From assembly GCF_963921235.1 (NCBI RefSeq), contig NC_086109.1, positions 12,896,001-12,960,000 of the forward strand: 64,000 bases of DNA, read 5' to 3'. Positions 37,790 to 51,188 of the stretch are shown piece after piece (within the stretch, counting starts at the first letter, position 1; every line of letters begins with the position of its first letter). The notes under the pieces were generated by a model that was not told the origin of the DNA, ran no database searches, and saw nothing but the letters and a program-made list of their open reading frames with translations. The position numbers and the translations under genes were made by a program. The DNA comes from Mobula hypostoma. Lineage: Eukaryota.

Positions 37790-40091
37790 TCAGAATCCGA
37801 ATCAGGTTTGTTATCACTGGCATGTGAGGTGAAATTTGTTAACTTCGCAGCAGCAGTTCAATGTAACACATTATCTAGCAGAGAGAGAAAAAAATAATTA
37901 TAAATAAAATAAAACATAATAAATAAACAAGTAAATCAATTATGTATATAGAATAGATTTAAAAGAATGTGCAAAAACAGAAATACTGTATATTAAAAAA
38001 AGTGAAGTGGTGTCCAAACCTTCCATGTCCATTTGGGAATCAGATGGCAGAGGGGAAGAAGCTTTTCCAGAATTGCATAGTGTGTGCCTGCAGGCTTCTG
38101 TATCTCCTACCTGATGGTAACAGAAAGAAAAGAGCATGCGCTGGGTGCTGGAGGTCCTTAATAATGGACGTTGCCTTTCTCGGACACCACTTCCTAAAGA
38201 TGTCCTGGGTACTTTGTAGGCTAGTGCCCAAGATGGAGCTGGCTAGATTTATAACATTCTGCAGCTTCTTTTGGTCCTGTGCAGAAGCCCCTCCATACCA
38301 GACAGTGATGCAGCCTGTCAGAATGCTCTCCACGGCACAACTACAGAAGTTTTGGAGTGTATTTGTTCACATGCCAAATCTCTTCAAACTCCAAATAAAG
38401 TATAGTTGCTGTCTTGCCTTCTTTATGACTACATCGATATGTTGGGGCCAGGTTAAGTCCTCGGAGATCTTGACACCCAGGAACTTGAAGCTACTCACTC
38501 TCTCCAATTCTGATCCCTCTATGAGGATTGGTATGTGCTCCTTCGTCTTACCCTTCCTGAAGTCCACAATCAGCTCTTTCGTCCTACTGACATTGAGTGC
38601 CAGGTTGTTGCTGTGGCACCATTCCACTAGTTGGCATATATCACTCCTGTACACCCTCTCGTCACCACCTGAGATTCTACAAACAAAGGTTGTATCATCA
38701 GCAAATTTGTAGATGGTATTTGAGCTATGCCTGGCCACACAGTTATGTGTATACAGAGAGTAAAGCAGTGGGCAAAGCACACACCCCTGAGGTGCGCCAG
38801 TGTTGATCGCCAGCGAGGAGGATATGTTATCACCAATCTGCATAGATTGTGGTCTTCCAGTAGGAAGTCGAGGATCCAATTGCAGAGGAAGGTACAGATG
38901 CCCAGTTTCTACAGCTTCTCAATCAGGATTGTGGGAATGATGGTATTAAATGCTGAGCTATAGTCGATGAACAGCATCCTGACGTAGGTGTTTGTGTTGT
39001 CTGGGTGGTCTAAAGCCATGTGGAGAGCCATTGAGATTGTGTCTGCCGTTGACCTATTGTGGCGATAGGCAAATTGCAATGGGTTCAGGTCCTTGCTGAG
39101 CCAAGAGTTCAGTCTAGTCATAACCAACCTCTCAAAGCATTTCATCACTGTCGATGTGAGTGCTGCTGGGTGATACTCATTGAGGCAGCCCACATTATTC
39201 TTTTTAGGCACTGGTATGATTGCTGCCTTTTTGAAGCAAGTGGGAACTTCTGCCCGTAGCAGTGAGATTGAAAATGTCCTTGAATACTCCAACTAGTTGG
39301 TTGGCATGGGTTTTCAGGGTCTTACCAGGTACTCCATCGGGACCTTCTGCTTTGCGAGGGTTCATTCTCTTTTAAGACAGCCTAACATCAGCCTCTGAGA
39401 CGGAGATCATAGGTTCCGCAGGTGCAGCAGGGATCTTCACAGCTGTAGTTGTGCTCTCCCTTTCAAAGTGTGCATAGAAGGCATTGAGTTCATCTGGTAG
39501 TGAAGCATCGCTGCCATTCATACTATTGAGTTTTGCTCTGTAGAAAGTAAAGTCTTGCAGACCCTGCCAGAGTTGCTATGCATCTGATATCGCCTCCAAC
39601 CTCATTTGAAATTGTCTCTTCGCCTTTGAAACAGCCCTCCGCAAATCATACCTAGTTTTCTGTTACAGGTCTGGGTAGCCAGACTTAAATGCCACAGATA
39701 TAACTTTCAACAGACAATGTACCTCCTGGTTCATCCACGGCTTTCAGTTTGGGAATGTACGGTAAGTCTTTGTAGGCACACACTCATCCACACAGGTTTC
39801 AATGAAGTCGGTAACAACAGCAGCATACTCATCCAGATTCAAAGATGAATCCCTGAATACATTCCAGTCCACCGATTCAAAGCAGTCCTGTAGGCGCTCT
39901 TGTGTTTCCTTTGTCCAAACCTTCGTGGTCCTCACTGCTGGTGCTGCAGTCGTCAGTCTCTGCCTATACTCAGGGAGTAGAACTACAGCTAGGTGATCAG
40001 ACTTCTCAAAGTGAGGGTGTGGAATAGCACTGTAGGCACTCTTGATGGTGGTGTAGCAATGGTCCAGTATGTTTTTCCTCTGGTACTGCAA
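37790..40091 (-). mobile_element. Rex1/Babar-type LINE, about 2.3 kb, frameshifted
   Basis: LDHCYTTIK...KSDHLAV; [16 protein letters not shown]; LQFAYR..RST; [11 protein letters not shown]; YKFADDTT; (CAGAAT)-like tail near 37790. Confidence 0.9.
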
Positions 40092-40294
40092 GTAATCGTT
40101 CTATATATTGCGCACATTCAGATACAAAACCTTCAGATCTGTATTCGCTCTTTTCAATTTTGTCTGCCTTTTACGTTGCAACTCATCCCATTGATATATT
40201 TTCTAAGCCTAATATTTAACTCTTCTCATCATTCCGTTTAATCTTTGGAAATTGTTTAAATGTTTCAGTCTTCCTAAAAATAACTAAAAGCTTT

Positions 40295-40432
40295 CCTGAT
40301 TGTCACATACCACACCCTAGTGTGTCACTGTAGTTTTTTGATACAACTTCCTGCTGCCTTCTTCCTCATGTTTATTTCACAGTTATTTCTCTCTGAGGGC
40401 AGACAGGTCCTGGCTGGGTCTCTGTGAATAAA
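40295..40432 (+). promoter_or_regulatory. Putative proximal promoter/5'UTR of unit 3
   Basis: Alignable with 19905-20034 and more weakly with 7515-7626; RUNX-type ACCACA at 40309-40314, ETS-type ACTTCCTG at 40346-40353; motifs are short. Confidence 0.35.
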
Positions 40433-40472
40433 ATGCTCTGGACTTGGATTCTTCTGACTGGTTTCCTACCTG
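40433..40472 (+). CDS. Leader exon, unit 3, intact
   Basis: MLWTWILLTGFLP+G|GTGAGT; splices in frame to VSGA at 41914. Confidence 0.87.
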
Positions 40473-41505
40473 GTGAGTGATAAGCACAGGACTTTTGCAC
40501 AATTAATGTTGGTTTGGGGTTGGGGGTCATACATCATTTTCAGAACAGTACTTGAATGCCTGTAGACACTAAAGATGACAGAATCTGGAATTCAGAGTTC
40601 ACTCCTGGAGGAACTTAGTGGGTCAAACAACATCCGTCAGAGGAGGGGGAATGTCAACGGTTTGAGTCGAACTTTGCATCAAGTGTGAGTGGAGAGGGAG
40701 ATAGTGTACATAGGAGAGGGGGAGTTGTGAGACTGGGTATACTAGGTGGTCGGGGACTGAGGAGGTGTGAAGCACAATGGGCAAATGGAATGGGGGTGAA
40801 AAGGAGTGGAGTTTGGAGATGGGTGAGAGGTGGAAGCAGATAAGGAGAAAAGGGGAATAGTGTGGACCCACTTGGGAGGAGAATATGCCCAGTTGGAGAA
40901 AAGTCCTGGAGGCTGTTAAGCGGAAACATCGCATCTACCATTGCTGGAATCTGATCTCACTCTGCAGGGATCACTACAACAATTGACGTTACTGTCTTGA
41001 AATCAGTGTCTTTCCTGGGCCATTTCACTGGGAAATTAATAATGAACATTACTAGATCTGGAGTCAAAGGTAAACCAGGGTGGGTGGGGTTGAGAGATTT
41101 CTGTCCATGAAGGTCTTTCCAATTTAGATGGGATTTTGACATCTGGAAGTTCATCATTATCATTATTGATATATGTTTCTTAATTAAGGATATAATTAAT
41201 AAATTGGTATTTAACTCTTCAAGGTATCCTTACAGAAACTGAAATCACTTCTGGATTTCTAGATATGAAAGTAGTTACGACCACTGTTGCACCACCTTCC
41301 AAATACACATAAAATAATAAAATAATTGACAGGTATAAAATGTAAAATTTCGATTGAACCAGAGGGCACTGTTTCAGACATCATGAGGGGTTTCTCTCTG
41401 CAGTTTATAAACGTGTCTGTAAGTGAGGAGGAAGTCAGGACATTGGCCTCAAATGATCCTACCGACCTCCATCTCAAACCCAGAGTTCCATGGAATCCGA
41501 GACAA

Positions 41506-41509
<4 letters not shown>

Positions 41510-41548
<39 letters not shown>
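41510..41548 (+). repeat. (CA)n microsatellite in leader-V intron of unit 3
   Basis: Expanded relative to the short (CA)n at the orthologous position 20657-20672 in unit 2. Confidence 0.9.
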
Positions 41549-41553
<5 letters not shown>

Positions 41554-41913
41554 GCACTTGTAAGTATCTCAAATGACATAGCTGGGATCTTTGTCGACAT
41601 TTCAAAGGCCGACATATTCTGAAGTAACTGAAAGTTCGCTCTCCCTCAGTACTGCACTGGAAGGTCAGTCCTGGGTTTCTGCTCAGGACTCTGGAGTGGG
41701 AAGTGAACCCGCAATGTACTGACACAGGGGAGAGAGCACTGACACAGCTGACACAGTAAAAGCACTGACTGCACTTCAGATCAAAATCATTAGCTGAGGT
41801 GTCATGGTCCACATGCTGAATGTGACCTGGACATGCTTTTATCATCATGTTCAAAGTTAAATGTTTGCATTAAGTTGTTTCTTTCCCCTCAAATCTGAAA
41901 ATACCTCCCTCAG

Positions 41914-42234
41914 TTTCAGGTGCATTGTTGGCAAAGAAATATGTAAGAGGAGTTGTGGGAAGAGCGATCACAATCGATTGTCACTATGAGGAAATGTACT
42001 GCTCATACCAAAAGCATTGGTGCCATGGATGGACTCACCAATGTTCAGTTTTAGTGGAAACAAATGGGCAACATGGACAGAGTGGACGAATATCAATCAC
42101 AGATAACCAAAAACAAAGAATATTTACTGTTACTGTGGATAATCTTCGCTCTGGAGATGCAGGATGGTACAGCTGTGGAATTACAAGAGAAGGTGCCGAT
42201 CTGATATTTAGTGTAGATCTACAAGTATCTGATG
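41914..42234 (+). CDS. Ig V-set exon subtype A (unit 3), open frame
   Basis: ccctcag / G|GTAGGT, 321 nt; KHWCHGWTHQC, DAGWYSC; extra Cys in MYCSY. Confidence 0.9.
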
Positions 42235-42343
42235 GTAGGTTTCTCAGTGATTAACTTTGTGCCTTCAGTAAAATAAATGTCTCATCCATGGTTACTTCGG
42301 GGAATAAGGTGCCACATAAAAGACTTATCAATGAGATAAGGAT

Positions 42344-43188
42344 TGTTACATACCTAAAGGAGATCTTGTGACTTTCTTGTGAGAATGATGTAATGGTCTT
42401 TTGGAGGTCACCTGATGCAATTTTCCCGCTAATGTGAGGTCATGTGATGACATGTTCACCACGGGTATAAAAGGGAAGACCCCTGGTGACGCATTTAGTT
42501 TTCCAGTTAGAACATCAATGAGATACTCCGCTCTGCTGCTTATTTGCATTATGATGCCGTTTTGATTTTAAACGGAATTTTATGTTCTAATGTAAGGTAC
42601 AGAAGTCTGAGCCGGCGGTTTGACCAATCGCTGCCAGGTTTGTTAATGTATCTTTTCAGTAACATTGGAGAGTGAAGACAGGACCCTGAAGGAGATGTTT
42701 GACAGGTTTGGAAAGGATTGACCATGATTGAATTCATTCAAGAAAGAGTGATCTGCATGAGATAGCCTCTGCTAAAAAGGAAGCAGAAAAGGCTGTGCAG
42801 GGTCTATTCTACAGAGGAAGGTCAGTGCCTTTAAAAAGTTTTATTTTCGTCGTCTTGAATCCTGTGGACAAGGCAGGATTTGCCTGGGAGTGGCAGTGAC
42901 GTCGTGTCTTCGAGGAATTTGTTACTTCATGAAAGTCTCTCCTAATTGACTATACAAAACTCTTGGACTTTAAAATTTACCATTCAAAGAACTGTGTTTC
43001 AATTTATTGCTTTAAGAACCGGTTTCGCATTAATCGCTTTAAGAACTAGTACTGAGTAGCGGTTTACTGAGTGGCCACATAGCCGTTTACTTCCTGTTAG
43101 GGTTTTCATTTTTTTTTCAGGGTTTAATAAATGTTTGTTTGTTTATAAATTCTGACTCGATATATTCATTGCTGCCAATCACGTGACA
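42344..43188 (+). mobile_element. Solo LTR, 845 bp, with 4-bp target-site duplication GGAT
   Basis: TGTTACA...GTGACA; GGAT at 42340-42343 and 43189-43192; TATAAAA 42466-42472; AATAAA 43126-43131. Confidence 0.88.
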
Positions 43189-44335
43189 GGATCCGTAGAG
43201 TTAGGGCTGTATATTATCATGGATAGAGGATTAGTTAACGATTAGAAAGCAGAGAGTTGGGATACATGGGTATCACTCTGGTTGGCAATCAGTGGTAAGC
43301 GGTGTACTGCAGGGGTTGGTGTTGGGCCCGCAACTGTTGATTATATACATCAACGATCTGGAAGAGGAGACCAAGTGTTGTGTATCAAAGTTTGCTGATG
43401 TCACTAAATTGAGTGGAAAAGCAAATTGTGCAGAAGGTACGGAGAGTCTGCAGTTAGATATAGATAGGTAACGTGAGTGGGCAAGGGTCTGGCAGATGGA
43501 GTACAATATTGGTAAATGTGAGGTCATTCACTTTGGAAGGATAAATGAAAGAGCATATTATTATTTAACAGTAAAAAAATTGCATCATGCTGCTGTGCAG
43601 TGGGGCTTGAGAGTGCTTGTACATGAATCACAAAAGGTTGGTTTGCAGGTGCAGCAGGCTGTCAAGAAGGCAAATGGAATGTTGGCCTTCATTGCCAGAG
43701 GGATTGAATTTAAAAGCAGAGAGGTTATGCTGCAACTGTATGGGGTACTGGTGAGGCCGCACCTGGTGTACTGCGTACAATTCTGGTCTCCTTACTTGAG
43801 GAAGGATACACTGGTTTTGGAGGCAGTGCAGAGGAGGTTCCTCAGGTTGATTCCAGAAACAAGGAGGTTAGACTTTGAGGAGAGATTGAGTCACCTGGGA
43901 CTGTACTCACTGGAATTGAGAAGTATGAGAGGAGATCTTATGGAAACATATAACATTATGAAAGGGATGGAAAAGATAGAGGCAGGAAAATTGTTTCCAC
44001 TGGTACGTGAGACTAGAATTAGGCAACTTAGCCTCAAGATTCGGGGGAGTAGATTTAGGATGGAGATGAGGAGGAACTGCTTTTCCCAGAGAGTGGTGAA
44101 TCTATGGAATTCTCTGCTCAATGAAGCAGTGGAGGGTACCTCAGTAAATATATTTAAGGCAAGGTTGGATAGATTTTTGCACAGTAGGGGAATTAAGGAT
44201 TATGGGGAAAAGGCAGATAGGTGGAGATGAGTCCATGGTCAGATCAACCATAAACTTATTGAACTGTGGAGCAGGCTCGATGAGTCAGATGGCCTACTCC
44301 TGCTCCTACTTCTTATGTTGTTATGATCTTATGAA
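43189..44335 (+). mobile_element. CR1 LINE RT C-terminus and 3' end (host of the solo LTR)
   Basis: KFADVTKL; LVRPHL.YCVQFWSPYLRKD; FSQRVVNLWNSL. Confidence 0.9.
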
Positions 44336-45265
44336 TGTTCAGAGCATTAGATGACCTGGGGAGTGGCGATGTGCTGATCCCAGGGTTAAACTTGTTGAAT
44401 GGAGAAATGCAATCTCCTCCTCCTCCCCTTCCTCCTCCTCCGCAGTCTCAGCAGAGTTACAAGATCTTTGTCCAGACCATGTCCATCCCTAAAGATCTCT
44501 GCATTAATCTCAGTGCCAAATGTTTCTCTCTCTACACTGCACCCCGTCACAAATTCATTTTCTCCTGAAGGCATCTAACATCTGACGGATATCTCACAAG
44601 CTGCTGCTTTTAAACACTCAACCATCACTTTATTAGATACCTGTTGTACAGAATAAAGTAACCAATGGATGTATGTTTGTTGTCTTATGCTGCTGTACCC
44701 CATCCACTTCAATGTTCAACGTATAGTGCATTTAGAGATGCTCTTATGCAGACCACTGTTGTAACACATGGTTATCTTGAATACCTTTGTTGTGACACAT
44801 GATTATCTGAATTCCTGTTACCTTTCCGTCAGCTTGAACCCTGTCTGGCCATTCTCCTCTGACCTCTCTCATCAACAAGGGTTTTATGCTCATAGAATTG
44901 CTGCTCACTGGATGTTACTTTTTGTTTTTCACACCATTCTTTGCCAAGTCTGGAGACAGTGGGTGTGAAAATCCCAGGAGATCTGCAGTTTCTGAGATAC
45001 TTAAACTACCTAATCTGGCACCAACAATCATTCCATGGGTAAAGTTACTTTGATCACATTTCTTCCTCATTCTGATGTTTGGCCTGAACAAGTGAATGTC
45101 TTGACCACGTCTGCATCCTTTGTGGACAGTGTTTCTGCCACACAATTAGCTAATTAGATATTTGTATTAACGAGCAGGTGAACAGGTGTACTTAATAATG
45201 TAGCCAAAGAGTGTTTGATTTTCAAATGTTTATTCATGGTCTGGATATTTAATTCCTTCCCACAG

Positions 45266-45586
45266 AACCTGTGTCTGTTCCTGTGCTTCGATATCTGTCA
45301 TCAGCAAAGGTCTCACGTATCGGGGGCTCATTGACAGTTTCCTGTGAGTCCTTCCAGGGATCCCTTCCCATTCAGTACACATGGTATGAAAAAACCTCAT
45401 CTCAGCATCCAAAGATTTCAGATACAAAAGAACTGGCTCTACATTGTCAATCCTTCAACCAGCAGCACCATCAATACTACTGTAGTGCCTCGAATCGGCT
45501 TGGAGCAAGATCCAGTGCAATGGTTCATGTGACAGTCTTCAACAACGGAGAGATCTGCAGCTACGTGACAGAAATCAATGGCACTA
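45266..45586 (+). CDS. Ig C2-type exon subtype a (unit 3), intact
   Basis: ttcccacag / A|GTAAG, 321 nt; CESFQGSLPIQYTWY...YYCSASN; no stops. Confidence 0.9.
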
Positions 45587-48550
45587 GTAAGTTCTCCTTT
45601 CAAGAGAGGATACATTTAAATATTTCTTTTTGTTCCTCTGTTACTGCTGCTCTTACACTTCTCGTTAGGGTAAGGAATATCTTTACATTTCTAGAAGCCA
45701 CACATTGCAGCCACCATGGGGTAGAAATAAAGTGCAGAGAACACTTAGTGTCTGGCTCTTCGTCCAGGAAAACGTGGAGCATCTCAAACACAGTTGGATT
45801 TGCACATCCAGAAAAATTGGGAGCATTGCATAAATATTTCTAGCTTCTGCACTGAAGATGCGAGAGTAGGTGTTGAGTTGTGGGACAGTGACACGTCATG
45901 CAAACAAAAGGAAGGGCATATAATATAGCAAATATTAGTGGGAATTTAGAGAATTGGGGAACTTTTAAAAGCAACAGCAGGCAATGAGAAAAGTCACAAG
46001 GAGAGAAAAGATGAAATTTGAAGGAAAACTAGCCAATAATATAAAAAAATACCAAAAGTTTTCAGATATAAAAGAGTAAAAGAGAAGTGAGAGTGGATAT
46101 CAAACCACTGGATAATGAAGTTGGAGAGATAGTAATAAGAGATACAAGAAATAGTAATAAGAGATAAATGGCGGACAGACCGAGTAAGTGATTTGCATCA
46201 GTCGTTACTGAGGAAGGAACAAGTAGTATGAAAGAAATCTGGGAATGTCAGGGGAGCAGAAGTGAGTGTGGTTGCTATTGCTAAGGAGAAGGTGCTTGGT
46301 AGCTGAGAGGTCTGAAACTAGATAAGTTATCTTGTACAGATGGACTACACCCCAGGGTTCTGAAAGAGGCAGCTGAAGGGATTGTGGTGGCATCAGTTGA
46401 GATGCTTCAAGAATCACTAGATTCTAGAAAGTTCCAGAGAACTGGAAAATTGGAAATGTCACTCCACTCTTTAAGAAGGAGTGGAGGCAGAAGAAAGGAA
46501 ATAATAGACCAGTTAGACTGACTTGAGTGTTTAGGAAAATGTTGAAGGCCATTATTAGGGATGAGGTTTCGGGGTACTTGGAGGCATATGAGAAAATATG
46601 GTTTCCTCAGGGGGAAATCTTACCTGAAAAGGATGTTGGAATTCTTGGAGGAAATAATAGGCAGGATAGAAAAATAAAAATCAGTGGATATTGTTTACTT
46701 GGATTTTTGGAAGGCCTTTGACAAGCTGTCACACATCAGGCTGCTGAACATGATAAGCACCCGTGGTACCACAGGAAAGATACTCATGTGCATAGAAGAT
46801 TAGCTGGCTGGCAGGAGGCAAAGAGTGGGAATAATGGGGGCGTTTCTGTTTACTATCAGTGATACATGGTGTTCTGCAGGGGTCGGTCTATGTGAACGTT
46901 TTCTGCGCTCTCTCTAATTTAATCATGCCCTTCCTCTGGAACTGCACACAGCAATTGAGGTGAAGTCTAGACAGTGTTCTTTATAGCTGTAACATGCCAT
47001 CCCAACTGTACTTATTGCCTCATCCATTGAAGGCAAGCATGGCATCTGCCTTGTTCACCACTTTGTCCACCTGTGTTGCACTTTCAGAGACCTATTTAGT
47101 TGCACACCTAGTTCTCTACTGTCCTTATTTAATTTCCCGAAATACAACACCTCACACTGCCTGAATTCAATTCCATCAGCCATTTATTTCATTGGCCACT
47201 TTCCCAGTTCAAAGTTCAAGGTAAATTTATTATCAAAGTCTGTACACCACAAACAAACTAGAGATTCATCTTCTTGCAAACACCCACAAAACAAAGTAAC
47301 ACAATGGAATCCACGGCAAGCCACACACAATAAAGGCTGACAAATATCAAACGTGTAAAAGAAGATGAATCATGCAAATACTAAAAATATGTAAACAAAT
47401 AATACACAGATCATGAATCGCAGAGTCCCCAAAAGTGAATCCACAGCTTCAGAGTCAGCTCGGTGCTGAGGTGAATGAAGCTGGTCCAGGAGCCGGTCGT
47501 GTGGGACCCAAGACTCCTCCACCTCCTGCCCAATGGTAGTAGCGAGAAGAGCAGGAGACAGGTCAAATTCAGGCAGACGGGATGGGCACAGGTACAGGGA
47601 ATCTTGCTGACAGAGAGAAATGGAGCTGAACACTTGTTCATTTTCCAGATCCAGTTGTAAAATTCAACAACTCTTTTCACTGTCCACTACATTACTTTGA
47701 CGTCCACAAATTATTAATCATGTCACCTACAATATTGTTACAAATTATCGATATAGGTGAAAGTAACTGGTTAATAAATAAGAATACTGATCCCAGCAGC
47801 ACTCAACTGGTGAAGAAGTCTAATATTGTCAAAAAAACAACACTCCACCACCAATCTGACTCGTTCCACCAAGCCTATTCAGTATCGATCCAGCTAGCAT
47901 CCCATGTGATCTCACATTGCAGATCAGTCTACAATGTGAGACCCTGTCAAAAGCCTTGCTTAACTCCTTACCTTCATCAGTCCCTTTGGTCAGCCTTTCA
48001 AAAAAGCTCAGTCAATTTCATTTCAGAGAGGTTCTCTCATGCACAAAATCATGTCGGCTATCCCAAATCAGATCTTGTCTTTACAAATTCAGGCAAATCC
48101 TGTCTCACACAATTGCCTCCAGTAAGTTACCCCCCGACTGATCTTTTCCTCACCTGCCTGGATTGGGACTGACTCAGAAATGTGGAAACACACTGAGACA
48201 TTAGTGGGCAGTGACAATGATGACTCCAATCAAATAACTTGTGAAGAGCTCTGAGTATATGATGAGGAATGATGATGTTGTCTTCTCAGTTTCCCTGGAA
48301 TTCAATTATACCCATAGACAGCGTGGGCTGTTTCCTTACAACACAGTAACAGCTTTCAATAAAACATCCTTATTCATTATTATCGCGTTCTTTATCATTT
48401 CTGTTTTTTTGGTGCTGCATTGGATCTGGAGTAACAATTTTTTTTTGTTCTCCTTTACACTCGTGTGCTGGAAATGACACAAAATAATCTTTAATCTGCT
48501 TCTGTAAATTTGCTTTTACCTTTCCATTTTTTGAAGAATTTCTCCCTCAG

Positions 48551-48871
48551 TTTCAGGTGCTTTATGGGCAGAAGATAATGTAAGAGGAGTTGTGGGAAGA
48601 GCGATCACAATTGATTGCCACTATGCACCAATGTACCGTTCACACACAAAGTATTTGTGCCGCATGTGGGGTCTCCTATGCGTATCATTAGTGAATACAA
48701 ATGGGAAAAATGAGCAGTATGGAAGAAAGACAATCAGAGATTACACATCCCAGGGAATATTTTCTGTTACTATGGAGAATCTTGTCTCTCAAGATACAGA
48801 AATTTACAGATGTGGAATTACAACATCTGGATATGATCCAGTGTTTGACATGTATCTACACGTATCTGACG
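48551..48871 (+). CDS. Ig V-set exon subtype B (unit 3), open frame
   Basis: ccctcag / G|GTAGGT, 321 nt; KYLCRMWGLLC, DTEIYRC. Confidence 0.9.
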
Positions 48872-49919
48872 GTAGGTTTCTCCTTGATTGACTTGGTGTC
48901 TCCACCAAATTGTCCGATTCATGTTTTCTCTGGGAATGGTTAGGGCAGCACCGACATCCTGAGGCTCTGTAGAGGTACAGAATCCCACAGGGAGCGGGTG
49001 AGGGTTGGGACACCCCGCTCATATAGCTCTCACCCACTGACTGGACACTGATTTCCAGTGGGATGCTCGGCACATTTTCCTGCCTCTGATCTGTATGAAA
49101 TGTTACACTCTCAGAAGTTTACATTCAGACTAAATCTAATAATCTTATAATAACAGGTCAATGAGAAACAAGTGTTACTCATGATCTAAATACCTCAAAA
49201 ATCATAAAAAGGCAATCAAATCCAGATCAAAACAGCCTGTGTTCATTCCTCCCAGGACAGGCTATCCCACTTCCCATCCCTGCTTCAAGTATCACTCACT
49301 CCCTCCCCTACCACGTGCTCTTTCTCTCTGTCCCCCTCAATGTGCTCCAGTAATCCACCTCTCAACACCCATTGACTATCCACTTCCTGGCAGCCAGACT
49401 CTCCATCTGACCCGTTGCTGTGAGAAATGGAGCAATGGAACTAGAGGGAACTTGGAACACAGTCCAGAACAAGAATAGACACTTTGGCCCAGCATGTCTG
49501 CACTGATCATGATGTCATTCTAAGCTCATTCCATCATATTGCATATGGTCCATATCCCTCCAATCTCTCCTTTTTCATGTCCTCATCTAAAAGCCTCTTA
49601 AATATTGTTATGATATCCCTTTCTTCCAGCCAGTCTGACTGTGTGTTTCATGGGGTCACCACTCTTAGTGTAAAAAAAAACTTGTAAAAAAACTTGTTTT
49701 ACAAATGTCCTTTAAACTTTCCCCCAGATCACCTTAAAACTATATTCACTATTATTTGATATTTCAACCCTGGGAAAAAGGTTATGACTATTTTCCCTTC
49801 CTATGACTTCAATTATTTTATAAACTTCTCACAGGTCTCTCCTCAGTCTCCTGTACACCAGCAAAAACAATTCTGGTTTGTTGAACTTTAACCCATAGCT
49901 AATACACTTCAATCCTGGA

Positions 49920-50220
49920 AATGAGTAATTAACTTTCTGCATAATCACTCAAAGAGTTGAACTACATGTGCATGTAATGAGAGCTGTACAACTCATCACC
50001 TTCTACCTTAGGCCATGAACTTATCAATCACCCCTGCTGTGGACCACTTTCTGGAGGTCCAAGATGCCGACTTCTACAAAGAACGGATCCGTATGCTCCA
50101 CGATCGCTGGACTAAGTGTGTAAATGTAGGAGGGGACTATGTTGAAAAATAAATGTGCTAGCTTTTCTAAAATTGACTCCTTCTACCTTAGGCCACGAAA
50201 TTATCAGTCACCCCCTCATA
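49920..50220 (+). mobile_element. Mariner-derived non-autonomous element
   Basis: FYKE.IRMLHDRWTKCVNVGGDYVEK* remnant; terminal ccttctaccttaggccacgaa..tatca.tcacccc present twice. Confidence 0.7.
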
Positions 50221-51188
50221 AAGTCCAGGTGATGTCAAACTCCCCTAATGTATGAGGAGCGTTTGAAGTTTCTGGGCCTGTCCTTGCAGGAATTTAGAAG
50301 AATGAGGGTGGATTTCATGGAAAATTATCCAGCATTGAAATGCCTGGTGGTTGTGGAGAGGATATTTCCTATAGTGTGGACCTCTAGGACCAAAGGGCAC
50401 AGACTCAGAATTGATGGACATCTCTTTAAAGGAGAGATGAGGAGGAATTTATTTAGCCAGAGGCTGGTGAATCTGTGGAATTCAATTCCACAGGAAGCTG
50501 TGGAGGCTAAATCCTTGGGTATATTTAAGGGAGAGTTGATAGGTTCTTGATAAGTAAGGGCATCAATGGTTACAGAGAGAAGGCAGGAGAATATATGAAG
50601 AGGAACAATAAATCAGCCATGATTGAATGGTAGAGCAGCATGAATAGACTGAATGGCCTAATTCTGCTCCTATGTCTGATGGTCTTATGGTTTATCGTCT
50701 TCCTGGTTCTCAGGTCTCACATGATTCCTTGTTGGCTTCATGTCAATATCAATACCAATAGATTCCCTTCCTGCTGTAGGTCACTGAAACCAATCACTCT
50801 CTCCTTAAAGTCACCATTCATTTTGTATGTATCTGACAATTTCCTGCTTTCAACCTATGGAGAGTTTTCCGGAACATCCACCAATGCTGCCATTCCAGAG
50901 TCAAACTGTTAGGTCTCACTTTAGAGTGTTTCCCCGCTGCTGAGAGAGACTGAAGCCCTGATTTTCACACTGACACACTCTGTGTCATCACTGTTGTTCT
51001 GATCAGGAGTCCTGCTGTTTTCGGTGATACTGACAGACATGGACGTTCTGGCAGCTCTGAGGATGACGAGACACAGTGGAGTAGATGAGCTGCTGAGATT
51101 CCAAACTGGTGTCTCCCGGTTGAGATACAGAACTGCTGAAATGTTTAGTGTGTTTGATTTTCAGATGTTCACTGATTATTTTCCACAG

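Noticed and set aside
37969-38712. 247-aa plus-strand ORF
   Set aside because: Antisense shadow of the Rex1-type RT; the same applies to 4146-4748 and 59123-59482
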